From assembly GCA_000004985.1 (NCBI GenBank), contig GG738927.1: 64,000 nt of DNA; one strand, 5' to 3'. This stretch comes from Naegleria gruberi (taxonomy: Eukaryota). The notes beneath the pieces were generated by a model. It searched no databases. It worked only from the letters and a program-made list of their open reading frames with translations, and had not been told where the DNA came from. Each line of letters starts with the position of its first letter. Positions within the stretch are counted from its first letter, which is position 1. The position numbers and the translations under genes were made by a program. Of this stretch, positions 11,765-22,372 are shown in pieces.

Positions 11765-12280
11765 TATTGAAAATTGAGTTGGTTACTGGAAGTTCTTTGA
11801 GGTGTTTTTTCTTATATTATTAATATCTATCGGGACAGAGCAACAATTAATCGTACTACTCTGATGATTAATTCTAATGATTGTTGCTGTGTTGGGTTGG
11901 GCTCTCGTAGTTTCCTCTATTGGCCACAGTTTCTAATTTTGATGTTTTCTTCTTATTGTCTTGCAGCTTATTCTTGATTCTTTGTTATTAATAATTCTTC
12001 CTTATTGTACTACCAAGGAAAAACAACAAATCACTGGGCGGGAATTTTGTAGAGTTGTGGCTAGAAAGCTTTGGCGCTTGTTTTTTTCTTTTGAAATTTA
12101 AAAAGTTTGAAAAGAGTAAAATTGATGATGAATTTTTGAGTTGTGCTTGAAGTTTTGAAGGTCTTTCTAAAATGGACAGATGTGGCTTGGTGGCCATGTT
12201 GAGAAAAAGGCAGTTGATACCCTTGAGGTGAAACCAATGAGGATGGTTCAAAAAATTGTTGTAATCTCGAGTTCATTTCG

Positions 12281-13801
12281 GTGCCTTATACGAAATATCA
12301 TGAAGATGAGGATGTAAAGTGGAATAGGGTTAGTCCAAATCGTTTCAAACATTTATTGGCACTGGAGATTGGAGAAACAGAATCTTTGAAAGAACTTGAA
12401 AATATGTGGACAAGGTACGAGCAAGATCCATCTCTTTTGGATACAGTTACAGATTTTGTTACAAGGTTTTTGCGAAACAAATATTTTAAAAAAACCCTGG
12501 TGACCAAGTATGTCATTAAATTGAATAATACCGAACTAGCCAAAGATTTACTGAGAGTTTCCTCGAGTGGCAATAACTTGGATGCTGAGAGTTTAGTTGC
12601 ATTGATAAAAGCATTTGGGTTGGAAACATATAGAGAGAGGGTAATGGATCTTTTGGTAAAATGCAAAGCCAATCTTGCCTATGGATTCTTACAAGAAATT
12701 GAGGATGAGGAGATGGCAGAGAAGGTCATTTCTTTTTTTAGTGTAAAAGGAGGGGCCTCAAGCTATGAAAGTATTGTTTTACTCTGCCAAAAATATAACA
12801 GGAATTTGAGTGAAGAGGTCAGAAAGAAAATGTTATCGAATTGGTATGGGGATGTGCAAGATCTATTTGAAATGGCTAAAAGGTTGAAGGACAAGAACTG
12901 TTTCAACGCAGTGTTGGAGAAGTATTTCCGTCCTGCTAAAGATAATGTACCACATTATGCAAGAAACAAATTGAATGATTTTGATATGAATGTTAGCATG
13001 GTGGTGGATTGCATTCAATATCTTGGACTCGACAATTGCTCCAATTTTTTGAAGGAGTTAATAGCTGAATATTGTGCGAATGTTTTCGACTCTGTACTAA
13101 TAAGAATTCTCAAAATGTTTATCGGCCACCCAACCAATGAGCATGTAATCATGTTCATGATAGAGCAATTATGCTCTGGAATCTCTAAAAAAGTCACAAG
13201 TGACAAGGTGGATGAACTGGTTGGAATTTTACAAGGATTTGAAACAAGAGATGTTGGATTTATGAAAGCTTTCGTAAAAGGAATTACACCTTCTAAGGAA
13301 AATAGAAAAAATTATCATGTAATAATTTGTCCTCTAATTACAAAAGTTAAAGGAGTGGATGCTATCATCAACAGTGAGCCAATACAAAAATTAATATCCA
13401 AATGTATCTCATACTATGACAAGGTTATTGATAAACCTTCTAAATTAACACCTCCACCTTCAAATTGGACAATTGATGTAACTCTGAAATGTACTTGTGA
13501 TTATTGTCAGATGGCCACACAATTTTTGAAGAATCCTCACGTAACTGAATACAAACTTCAGGAAAATGAAAAACTCAGAAAGCACGTTACAGATAATATT
13601 GTGGCAGTCACTAGAGAATGTCTCTATAATACAGAAAAGACAAATAGACCGCCTTACATCTTGCATATTACAAAGAATACTCAATCTAAAGCCATGCAAG
13701 CAAAAGCATTGGAAGAAGTCAAAGCCAACAAAATCGAGCTGACCTCATTACTTACCTCAAGTTTGGAACCCAATAAGAAAAAGTTGAAAATTGAGGAATA
13801 A
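12281..13801 (+). CDS. Hypothetical protein, about 500 aa. The annotated start is GTG. The true start may be ATG at 12407 or lie in an upstream exon.
   Basis: Long ORF. A Cys-containing C-terminal segment (LKCTCDYCQ) is present. No confident family. Confidence 0.4.
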   Translation: MPYTKYHEDEDVKWNRVSPNRFKHLLALEIGETESLKELENMWTRYEQDPSLLDTVTDFVTRFLRNKYFKKTLVTKYVIKLNNTELAKDLLRVSSSGNNLDAESLVALIKAFGLETYRERVMDLLVKCKANLAYGFLQEIEDEEMAEKVISFFSVKGGASSYESIVLLCQKYNRNLSEEVRKKMLSNWYGDVQDLFEMAKRLKDKNCFNAVLEKYFRPAKDNVPHYARNKLNDFDMNVSMVVDCIQYLGLDNCSNFLKELIAEYCANVFDSVLIRILKMFIGHPTNEHVIMFMIEQLCSGISKKVTSDKVDELVGILQGFETRDVGFMKAFVKGITPSKENRKNYHVIICPLITKVKGVDAIINSEPIQKLISKCISYYDKVIDKPSKLTPPPSNWTIDVTLKCTCDYCQMATQFLKNPHVTEYKLQENEKLRKHVTDNIVAVTRECLYNTEKTNRPPYILHITKNTQSKAMQAKALEEVKANKIELTSLLTSSLEPNKKKLKIEE

Positions 13802-14207
13802 TCTAGAGGATTAAATTATTACAATAATTTTATTATAAGAATATGATATTGAGAAATCTATTCATCTTGGTCTTCCTCCAAATCCTCAATATCTTCAAAA
13901 TCCGCTTCTTCAACATCCTCACTAATATGCCATTCTTCATTCTCATCTTTAATAATGGATAATATTTGAAAAAGAGGATTCTGCAATATATAAATGGTTT
14001 GATTGTATGGACGTTTCCTTTCACTTTGGATTTACCAACCGGATATGTTTGTAATCTGTGTAAATTCTCATAAATGACACCATGTACAAATTCCGTAACG
14101 AGCAAAAGACTCGAATTTCTTATTGGAGGTTTGGACTAGACGTTCCTTAATTTCTTTCTGGAAATAATTCCAATCTGAAACATAGTACATTCCTCTTGAT
14201 ACCAAAA

Positions 14208-15490
14208 TTAGGATACAATGTTCAAATCAGTCAAATTTCCTTCTGTCAAATATTGTAGTAATCTTACTCTCATTTCTCTTTCTGTTTTCTTCACTATCCT
14301 CCCAAGTAAGAGAGAGGGCGAAATGAATGGTATTCGTACTGGAGAATTCTCTTCCTCCTCATCAAACACTCTCCCCAGTACACATTTCACTTCTTCCAAT
14401 TCTGTTGTGTTGATAATATGATGAATGAATCTTTGGATAATCAAAATCCAAATAATATGAAACGATTGAATTGACAGAATTTCTGATATGTGAATCAGAA
14501 ATAACTTCAAATTCAGGTCTCATTTTGAAATGAATTTCCCAAATTGACTGTAACTCCTTTCTGTAATTTCTTAATTAGAATATCTGGTTTGGTGAAGAGT
14601 ACTATTTTTCTTGTGTCCATTAATTCTGGAATACTGTTCATAAATTTAAACATCCTTTTGGTATCTTGAATTCTCAAAGTTTGCGAATCATCTTCAGCTA
14701 GATATTGATCTATCTCTGAAAGTGAGATCACCAAAAAGATTGTTTCTGGCATGGAAGCCAAAGACTGCATCCATGTTCTTCTTTCAGTTCTAGCCCCTCC
14801 CACATCCCTGAAATAGCCATACCTGAATTCAAATTGTTTGCTTGAATTTGTACATTCATAACACCACGTCAAAGGAAGAAAGCTTTCGTTTGGATTTTCA
14901 ATATTTTCCAAGAATTCTGGTAAATTTTCCAGCATTTGAAGGTTCAGTCTTGAATGTAAATTGATGCTATTTTTGTGTTCATTGCAATATTGTGAAATAT
15001 TTAAACTTATTTCATTCCATCTAATTTCGTATAATTCTCGCATATTTGGAATTTTCCAAACATGGATTAATAATTCACAAAAATCAAAATTAGAAACTTG
15101 TGGAAAGGAATCGAATAAATCCCAATCTTTTATCCTGATAATTTCCTCAATTTTATCCAAAGTCGATTCAAATCTCTCTAAAATCAACCCTTTCATTTGC
15201 TTTCTTTCACTTTCTTCCAAAATACTCCACAATTTTCCCATCATTGAACAACAAGCATACTGCAAATCATGCTCAAACTCTATTTTACTCGAATAAAACC
15301 ATTCCTTCCTCAAAATATGTTTTGCCAAATAATACAATGTTGATTTTCCACTATTGGCTGTTCCAAAAAGTGAGCAGCCCTCACCTATTTTTCTCCTAAT
15401 GGGTTGTTGTTGATTGGTTGCATCCGAAGGCAGTTGTTGCTGCTGATGATGATGATTATTTGGTATCGGATGTGATTGTTGTGCTCCCAT
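14208..15490 (-). CDS. Divergent heterotrimeric G-protein alpha-subunit-like protein. It starts at MGAQQS (ATG 15490). The 3' portion lies in a different frame below 14513.
   Basis: Motifs present are an N-terminal MG (myristoylation-type start), a P-loop FGTANSGKST, the DVGGAR(T)ERRTW switch II (the canonical form is DVGGQRSERKKW), and LFTKPDIL in place of NKKD. The downstream frame 14208..14510 encodes a G-alpha C-terminal-like segment (SEILSIQSF...FIHHIINTTEL, resembling AAYIQCQF...IYTHFTCATDT). Confidence 0.6.
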
Positions 15491-15693
15491 TTTTTTCTCT
15501 AAGGAAAAGTTCACCATCTTTTCTTTTCAATTTTTTGTAATTTTTGATATAGTTTACAATAAATAGCAGCTCATATATTAGCAATTATTGAGATCATTTT
15601 TGAACATTGTTGCATACTGGACGGAAACATAGAACAAATCGTTTCTTTTCCAATTCCAGTTCAGAAAAAATTGTCACAACCATAACCACCACC

Positions 15694-16140
15694 ATGACAC
15701 TCCACGCACGATCTTATACCCCAAGTGGTGGTGTTGCTACTTCCTCTTTTGTGATTGCCATTATTATTATTGCCACCATGTTCTTATTAATTCACTCTTC
15801 CAATGCCTTGAAGTGTTATAGTGGCAGTTTCACTGGTAGTATCACTCCGATTACTTTGCAGAATAATCTGACTCAGGTTTCAATTAGTGCCTCTGGTAAT
15901 GTGTGTTATAGTTATAAGGTGGCCATGAATGGAGTCTTGAATGTGTTCGGAGAGATGAGCAGCAGTGAATGCTCTGCTACCAAGAGTAAAGGTTCTCCCT
16001 ATTTTGATGTTGCATGTTGTGCTGTGAGTGATTTGTGTAATACTGGAGCTACTAGTGGTGTTGTTGCTGTTCCGACAATGTCTTCTTCATTGATGATGTT
16101 TGTTGGTTTGATTGTTTGGTGTTGTTGCTTAACGTTTTAA
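15694..16140 (+). CDS. Small secreted GPI-anchored protein with a Ly6/uPAR (three-finger)-like Cys pattern.
   Basis: A signal-like hydrophobic stretch is followed by LKCYSG...C...C...CC.VSDLCN, matching the L.CY.C start and CC....CN end of LU domains. A Ser/Gly omega region and a C-terminal hydrophobic tail (VVAVPTMSSSLMMFVGLIVWCCCLTF) are typical of GPI signals. Only 6 Cys are present, so the assignment is tentative. Confidence 0.4.
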   Translation: MTLHARSYTPSGGVATSSFVIAIIIIATMFLLIHSSNALKCYSGSFTGSITPITLQNNLTQVSISASGNVCYSYKVAMNGVLNVFGEMSSSECSATKSKGSPYFDVACCAVSDLCNTGATSGVVAVPTMSSSLMMFVGLIVWCCCLTF

Positions 16141-16257
16141 TTATTTTCCAAATTCAACTGAAAATTCTGTTTTATCAAAAGTCAACATAATTGTAAATAG
16201 AGTAAATTATAATTTCCAATAAGAGTTCAATAATCAATAGAGAAAATATTTTCTTCT

Positions 16258-18480
16258 TTAATAATTGTCTTCTTCATCGACGTGAACACCAGTCAAGTGA
16301 GAGTGATTGGAATCTCCAGCAATGTGCCAACTGTTTGGATTTGACTTTCCGATTGGAGCAGAACCACCCAATTGACCCTTATGAGCATTGTGTTCCTTCA
16401 AAAATACATCATGGAAATTCTTCCAGAAATCTAATGAGGCAAATGTGTTAATTAGTGACTCGTTAGATGTAGCTCCAGTTGAGGCAACCTTATTTTGGAT
16501 CAGTTCAACCATATCTAACAAGTATCCCATACCAACAGTTCCTTTCCATGATTGACTATCAGCGGATTTAATAGTCTTACACTTTTCAACGATACGTTTA
16601 CATAATTGAATATCTTGCACCAATAATTTGGTCTTTAAATCAACAACAGATCCCTCGGAAATTGATAAACCACAAACAGCTGCAACCAAATTGTAAAGTT
16701 GCTTGTGTAAAAGTGAGTTGAAATCAAACTTGAAGGAAAGGTCTACAATAATTGCAGTGGAGGAGGTTTCCTTCAATGATGCAATAATTGAAGAAATAAC
16801 CTTTTGAACAGATTGTTCCTTTTCATTCTTTGAATATTGGAGGTTGACCAAACTCTTTTGGAGACTTATTAATTGTGAGTGAATGGTAACAATATAGTCA
16901 ATAGTAATCAAACGAACTTCACCAAGGGTTTCCTTCAATTCAACACCACATTGAAGAACTTGTATAACTTGTTGTTTTGGAGCTACATTGAGAATGGCAG
17001 TCAACTTTTCAAGAAGAGATGATGAAGTCAATGACTTTAAAGCTTCAACACCAAGTTCGATAACTTTGATATCAGTTGCAGATAATGTGGCATAGTCAAG
17101 AGTAGTAAGCATGGAAATGGCAGAAATGGCAGAAACAATTTGAGTCAAGAGATTCTTCATAAATTCAATTCCCAAAATGAAAAGTGATCTTTGAACCTCA
17201 TTGGTTTGGTCACACTTTAAAATAATATCCCAAAGTCTTTCAATATTGGTTGTTGATAAAATAGATTGAATAGCTGGCAAAGTATAGCTTGGTCTCTTTG
17301 TGAGTGATTTTTCAATCAATTGAGTCAAGAGAGAAAAGATATTCTTTTGTTCATCTTCAATTTCAATGTTCAAATCTTCATCGAAAACTTGTGTAGTATA
17401 ACTTTCAAGCTTGTTGAGCAATCTATCAAGCATAGCATATTTAGAGAATGTCCATTCTTGAACTGCCTTGTATGTTTTCATTTCTTCACTATTTTCCTCT
17501 TCACTTTCATTACCAAATGATGAATTTGAATTGACAGAGAAGGAGTAAGAGTCAGAGAATGAAGAGAACCCGCTCAACAATTGAATGAGTTGAGTTTGAG
17601 TTTGGAAAATCATAGATTCCATTCCAATAAACTTCAAGAAGAAGGTATCAAAGTCACACAAACCAATATTTCTAATAAATAAGTTTTCAAAGAGAGCCTC
17701 GGAAGTTGCAGTAAGCGATTCATCAACAGTCAAACTAACTGGAAGAGCCTTTTCATCAATAATTTCACACATTCTTTTCACAACATCAATATAATACTTG
17801 TCTGGTTTTTCCAAAATGACCAACATGGCCTTGATCCAGTATGTTGAAAGACTTCTATTCTTTGGGATAAAGTATGGCTTTCTTGTGAGAAGATACTTGA
17901 TGAGAAGCAAATCCAAAAATCGTTCTCCATAAACTTGATAATTTTCATCTTCACTCTTGCTAATAAGAGCACTATTAATACCATCAATAAAACAACCGAA
18001 AATTTCAGCAACAACATATGGATGTTGGAAGATAGCCTTGAGTTCTGGTCTATTTTCCAATTCTTCTAATTTATCTTTCATTGGAAGATTTGCCAAATAT
18101 TCTTGCTTCATCTTTTCTTCTTCTTGTTTGGCTTGTTTTCTAATGGAATCCGATGAAGTATTTTCTGTTGTAGCTGATGATTGATCATCCCATGAACCAA
18201 AATCGTCATCAAAAAAGTTTGAAGCTGTTTTTGGTTGATTCTTCTTATTCAAAATATCATCTTCAAAGTACTCCTCCACAGAAATATAATCAATTAATTT
18301 ACGTAAATTCTTGGAATTGGTGAGGAAGGAAATCAACTTTGGATTCAAGGATTTGACTTCTTGAAGCAAGGTTTCTTGATCTAAAATTTCTTCCAAGGTT
18401 GTTGATGGATTATCGAGAATGGTATCCAACGATTCAAAAACTTCGTCATCCGAGAACAAATCCCAAACACTTTGAGCCAT
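16258..18480 (-). CDS. SIT4/PP6 phosphatase-associated (SAPS-domain) regulatory subunit.
   Basis: The N-terminus (WDLFSDDEVFESLDTILDNPSTTLEEILDQETLLQEVKSLNPKLISFL) matches the conserved SAPS/PP6R start (F........LD.LL..E.vTLEELLDEEDvLQECK.QN.KLIDFL). It is a 740 aa acidic helical protein in a single exon. Confidence 0.7.
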   Translation of the reverse strand: MAQSVWDLFSDDEVFESLDTILDNPSTTLEEILDQETLLQEVKSLNPKLISFLTNSKNLRKLIDYISVEEYFEDDILNKKNQPKTASNFFDDDFGSWDDQSSATTENTSSDSIRKQAKQEEEKMKQEYLANLPMKDKLEELENRPELKAIFQHPYVVAEIFGCFIDGINSALISKSEDENYQVYGERFLDLLLIKYLLTRKPYFIPKNRSLSTYWIKAMLVILEKPDKYYIDVVKRMCEIIDEKALPVSLTVDESLTATSEALFENLFIRNIGLCDFDTFFLKFIGMESMIFQTQTQLIQLLSGFSSFSDSYSFSVNSNSSFGNESEEENSEEMKTYKAVQEWTFSKYAMLDRLLNKLESYTTQVFDEDLNIEIEDEQKNIFSLLTQLIEKSLTKRPSYTLPAIQSILSTTNIERLWDIILKCDQTNEVQRSLFILGIEFMKNLLTQIVSAISAISMLTTLDYATLSATDIKVIELGVEALKSLTSSSLLEKLTAILNVAPKQQVIQVLQCGVELKETLGEVRLITIDYIVTIHSQLISLQKSLVNLQYSKNEKEQSVQKVISSIIASLKETSSTAIIVDLSFKFDFNSLLHKQLYNLVAAVCGLSISEGSVVDLKTKLLVQDIQLCKRIVEKCKTIKSADSQSWKGTVGMGYLLDMVELIQNKVASTGATSNESLINTFASLDFWKNFHDVFLKEHNAHKGQLGGSAPIGKSNPNSWHIAGDSNHSHLTGVHVDEEDNY

Positions 18481-18973
18481 TTCTTATTGTTGATGATGAT
18501 GAAAATTAAAAACAGAAAAACAAATAGCAGCAAGTGATGATGTAACCGAAATTTTTTTCGATTTTTTTAAAATTAAATTTTTTTAATTGAATTCAAAATC
18601 ATGTTTTACAGCTCAGTTAAGTATTGCAAGACAAACAGAACTGCTTGTTGAAATGATAAGGATAAATTGAAATATTGAAATGATCATTACTATTGGGTTC
18701 TTTTTCAATTTAAAATTATAAATTTAAAATAATTCCGTTCAGCAATTTGATTTCCATTGAGAAATAATTCGTACGCAATATTTGTGCTACTGTTGACACG
18801 TGTGTTGTTGTGATTAGTTTGAAGATTGGCCCTTCTATCTTGATCTATTTTGCGTTCAATTTCTTGGCTGCGCATGCATTAAATTCAATATCAAATTCAA
18901 ATGGAGCGGATAATAAAATTCTCAATTTGTTAATTGCAACATCCATCGATTTAGAAAAAACCCAAAAAACAAA

Positions 18974-20200
18974 ATGCACAACATTAGCAGTCTAGACAAC
19001 AGCACTTCCTCTCCATTATTCGATTTGATATGGCAGAATAAGAATGCTTACTATGAGCATTTGGCACTCTCCAATAAACATCAACAAGCCAAGAAGGAAT
19101 CTACTAATTCCTCTGAAAAGGAGTCAATGAATGAAGAGGAAATTGATGAAACTCTCCGATATATTGAAAATCCGTATCTTGTTGTAGAAAACAAACCAGA
19201 CACACATTTCATGCTATTGGCAAAAAATCCAGAAACTGAAGAAGGACAAGTCATGACTTTCTATAATCAAATCCATATTAATCCAGACCTTAATGATGCT
19301 AACAAATTGGATGAAGAATTGAATGGATGTTTTGAAAAATCAGCCCAACTCAAAGTTCCAATAATTTGCAGTGTTCCAACAAACGCTAAAAACACCTCTC
19401 AGATAATGGATAAGTTAATTAATAAGGGGTTCATACCATCTGGTACTGGACCAGGAATGATTTTGAATTACTCTACATTTGATAAACAGAAAGCCAAAGA
19501 TGCACTGAAATCCAATTCTGAAAAGTTGGAAATTGGTGAATTGAAACAAGTGAATTGGATACACAGATATGACGATGAACACCCTGATAATATCATGTTG
19601 AGATTATGGTGTTATACTTTGGTTTCTTCATTTGGATTCTATTCTAAAGAGACAACTGCAAATCATTTCTATGAGGTGTTCAGACATGCTCGTTTTGGAC
19701 CAGAAGAATCTCTTAGAATGTTCTATGTACTCTATAGAGAAACTCCAGAATCTAAACCAAAAATGATTAGTGTAGCCACACTCTTCGTAGAAAAGGAGAA
19801 GAGTGTGTGTGGGCTCTACAATGTTGGTACTGTAAAGGATCCAGCTATTAGAAGGATGGGTTCTGCTCGATTATTGTCCTATCATGCAGTTTTTGAAATA
19901 GGACAGGAAGAACTCAATTTGAAATATTGTACCTTGCAATCTTCAAAGGCAGCATTCAATTTGTACAAGCAATTGGGATTTGAACACATTGGAGATTGGA
20001 ACATGATTGTATATCCAGATAATGTTCACTGGTTGTTAAATCTCTTACTCAAGTTGGTTTTGTTGAGATTTGCCATGCGTCTGTTGGGTGTGAGAGATCT
20101 TTCCGAGGGATCGGCTTGGAAAAAGTTGCTGGCCTTTGTAGTGCTGTGGTTCTCATTTTTGGTTACTGTCATATTTTGGGTAGCTCCTCAAATTCAATAA
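18974..20200 (+). CDS. Protein with a C-terminal GNAT-type N-acetyltransferase fold.
   Basis: A GNAT motif A-like segment (VKDPAIRRMGSARLL, i.e. R..G.A) and a motif B-like AFNLYKQLGFEHIG. The N-terminal two thirds is unassigned. Confidence 0.4.
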   Translation: MHNISSLDNSTSSPLFDLIWQNKNAYYEHLALSNKHQQAKKESTNSSEKESMNEEEIDETLRYIENPYLVVENKPDTHFMLLAKNPETEEGQVMTFYNQIHINPDLNDANKLDEELNGCFEKSAQLKVPIICSVPTNAKNTSQIMDKLINKGFIPSGTGPGMILNYSTFDKQKAKDALKSNSEKLEIGELKQVNWIHRYDDEHPDNIMLRLWCYTLVSSFGFYSKETTANHFYEVFRHARFGPEESLRMFYVLYRETPESKPKMISVATLFVEKEKSVCGLYNVGTVKDPAIRRMGSARLLSYHAVFEIGQEELNLKYCTLQSSKAAFNLYKQLGFEHIGDWNMIVYPDNVHWLLNLLLKLVLLRFAMRLLGVRDLSEGSAWKKLLAFVVLWFSFLVTVIFWVAPQIQ

Positions 20201-20205
20201 AATCC

Positions 20206-21594
20206 TCAATTTCCAGATAATTTCAACCATTTTCCTAATAATTGTTCCATGTTGACATTGTTATGTGTTGTTGATGATGATGAAGAGGAAATGTTTTGAT
20301 TAATGATATCATTTGTAGATGTAGAATCATTGTCTGTGAAAAAATAATTCAATGAGGATGCTACCATCAATTTGGAACAAGTTATTGCTCCTTTCATATT
20401 GGCTAGAGCTATCCTTTTGAATTTTTCATGTTCCAATCTAGTGGGATGATAATTTCTAGCAAAGCATTCAGATCTAACAATTTTTAAACAATGAACCATA
20501 TAAATCTGTAGAGAGCTAGCTTCAAATAGTTGAAAATCTTTACATTGATAAATATCCTTACTCTGATCGTATAGATAATTGAGACAGGAGGTAAGAGCAG
20601 TGGCAGTCAACTCAGAAGCTGAACCCACAAATATTTTTACACCTTCCTCTATAGCTTTAAATATTTGATGTGATTTTGGGTAAAACTTAGGATCAAACTC
20701 TGGTCTTGAAGTGCTACTCTTTTCCATCATTTCAATATTAAACAATTTGGTGATAAACTCGTGTTGTCCCTCCAAAATTAAATTATTTTCGGCTTGCTCT
20801 TCCATCAAATCCAATTCAAACTCCTCATCAAAATCTATTTCATCAATATCTACTTCATCCTTATCCTCTTCCTCATTAATAATCTCAACTCGGTCGAATA
20901 TTGTTTCACTCGTAACTGATTCTCCACTTTCACTAATTATATCATAAGTTACAGCTTGTTCATTACTAAGATCAGATATTTCTGAAATAGGTTGAGTAAT
21001 TAAGGTGAGTGATATCTCATGTTCGTCCCTCCAAATTATTTCCTTAAAATCCAAATCAATAATGGCTCTAAATTCTGTTGGGTCCACAGTTCCTTGTTTG
21101 GCCTTGTTCACAAATTCTTTACCATCCAAAAATTCCTTTTCAATATCACTTGCTCTCTCCTCAGCAATGACTTTGAAAGAAAATAAAAGTGTTGATGGTT
21201 TCAAATGGCACGGATAAAAAGCCTGTTTAAATTGTCTCATATAATTCGTGACATTCTTCAAGTAATCCTCAGTGCCAGCTCCTTCCACTCGCACAAAGAT
21301 CGGAGTTCTCTTCAAACTCTTAATCATGTGTGCCTTCTCACCAACAGAAAGCCTAGAGAAAAAGGAATTAAAATAATAATTTTCACGATATTTAACAATG
21401 ACTGTATCGGTGACTAGATGTTCTCGAGAAACCTTCTCCGATTTGATTTTTGTTTTTTCTCCCGATTTTACATTTAATGATGTTGTTGTTGTTGAAGAAG
21501 GAGTTGTTGTACTACTTCTCCTAGAAGAAGAGGCAGCATCAGCAGATGAAGAAGTTTTTCTTGCCTTCTTGCTCCTTGTGTTTTTTGTTCTCAT
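20206..21594 (-). CDS. Hypothetical nuclear-type protein, 462 aa, with an S/T-rich basic N-terminus and an acidic DE-rich middle.
   Basis: Long ORF with a proper ATG at 21594. No confident family. Confidence 0.35.
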   Translation of the reverse strand: MRTKNTRSKKARKTSSSADAASSSRRSSTTTPSSTTTTSLNVKSGEKTKIKSEKVSREHLVTDTVIVKYRENYYFNSFFSRLSVGEKAHMIKSLKRTPIFVRVEGAGTEDYLKNVTNYMRQFKQAFYPCHLKPSTLLFSFKVIAEERASDIEKEFLDGKEFVNKAKQGTVDPTEFRAIIDLDFKEIIWRDEHEISLTLITQPISEISDLSNEQAVTYDIISESGESVTSETIFDRVEIINEEEDKDEVDIDEIDFDEEFELDLMEEQAENNLILEGQHEFITKLFNIEMMEKSSTSRPEFDPKFYPKSHQIFKAIEEGVKIFVGSASELTATALTSCLNYLYDQSKDIYQCKDFQLFEASSLQIYMVHCLKIVRSECFARNYHPTRLEHEKFKRIALANMKGAITCSKLMVASSLNYFFTDNDSTSTNDIINQNISSSSSSTTHNNVNMEQLLGKWLKLSGN

Positions 21595-22372
21595 TTTTTT
21601 GGCTGATTGTCTGGACTATTGAGTTTACAAAGTCAAGATGGTGAAACTATTAACATTGAGTGTTTACATTGATAATGAGTTGTGGAGCTAATTTTCTGTT
21701 CACTCATCTTTGAGAAATATTTCGAATAGAATATTAAACCAATTATTCCACAAACAAGTGTTTTCTAAGGTTATTGCTCACGATCTGCTTACAGTTTTTT
21801 CTATACAACAAAATTTCTATCATCATCTATTAATATTTCTATCGGAAAAAAGAGACATTCCCACAAATATTTTCTATACACTCATCATGACCCATTAATA
21901 TAATTTCTCCTTTCCCAACACTTGTACTATTAATTCCTTCTCAGCCTTAAGAATATAAAAAACCAACAAAGCTTAAAAACTCTTCTTTCAGGTTGTAAAT
22001 GGCAATGGAGGCATTTTTAAAAACAACACAAAAAAAAGGAAAATACAAACTCTGTTATAAAAATAGCGCGCACGTGGTCGGAAAACAAGTGTTGCCAACG
22101 AGCTTGAAAATTTCTTCTTCTCTTGAGAACAGCAGTGCGCTTTTTTATTAATAGGTTTAATTTCTCATCATACTTATAGTAATACAATAATACATTGGCT
22201 ATTCTTTGTTGAATTTGACAAATTTAAAAAAAGCCAGCTTTTCAAAGTTCCGAAGGCTTTCATCAAATTCTAACAACAACAAACTCTCTCTTGCTAAATA
22301 GTGTACATACAATCTAAAGAAGCTAACAGTAATAATAGTAATATAATATAATTTGTAAATAATTTGTAAATC

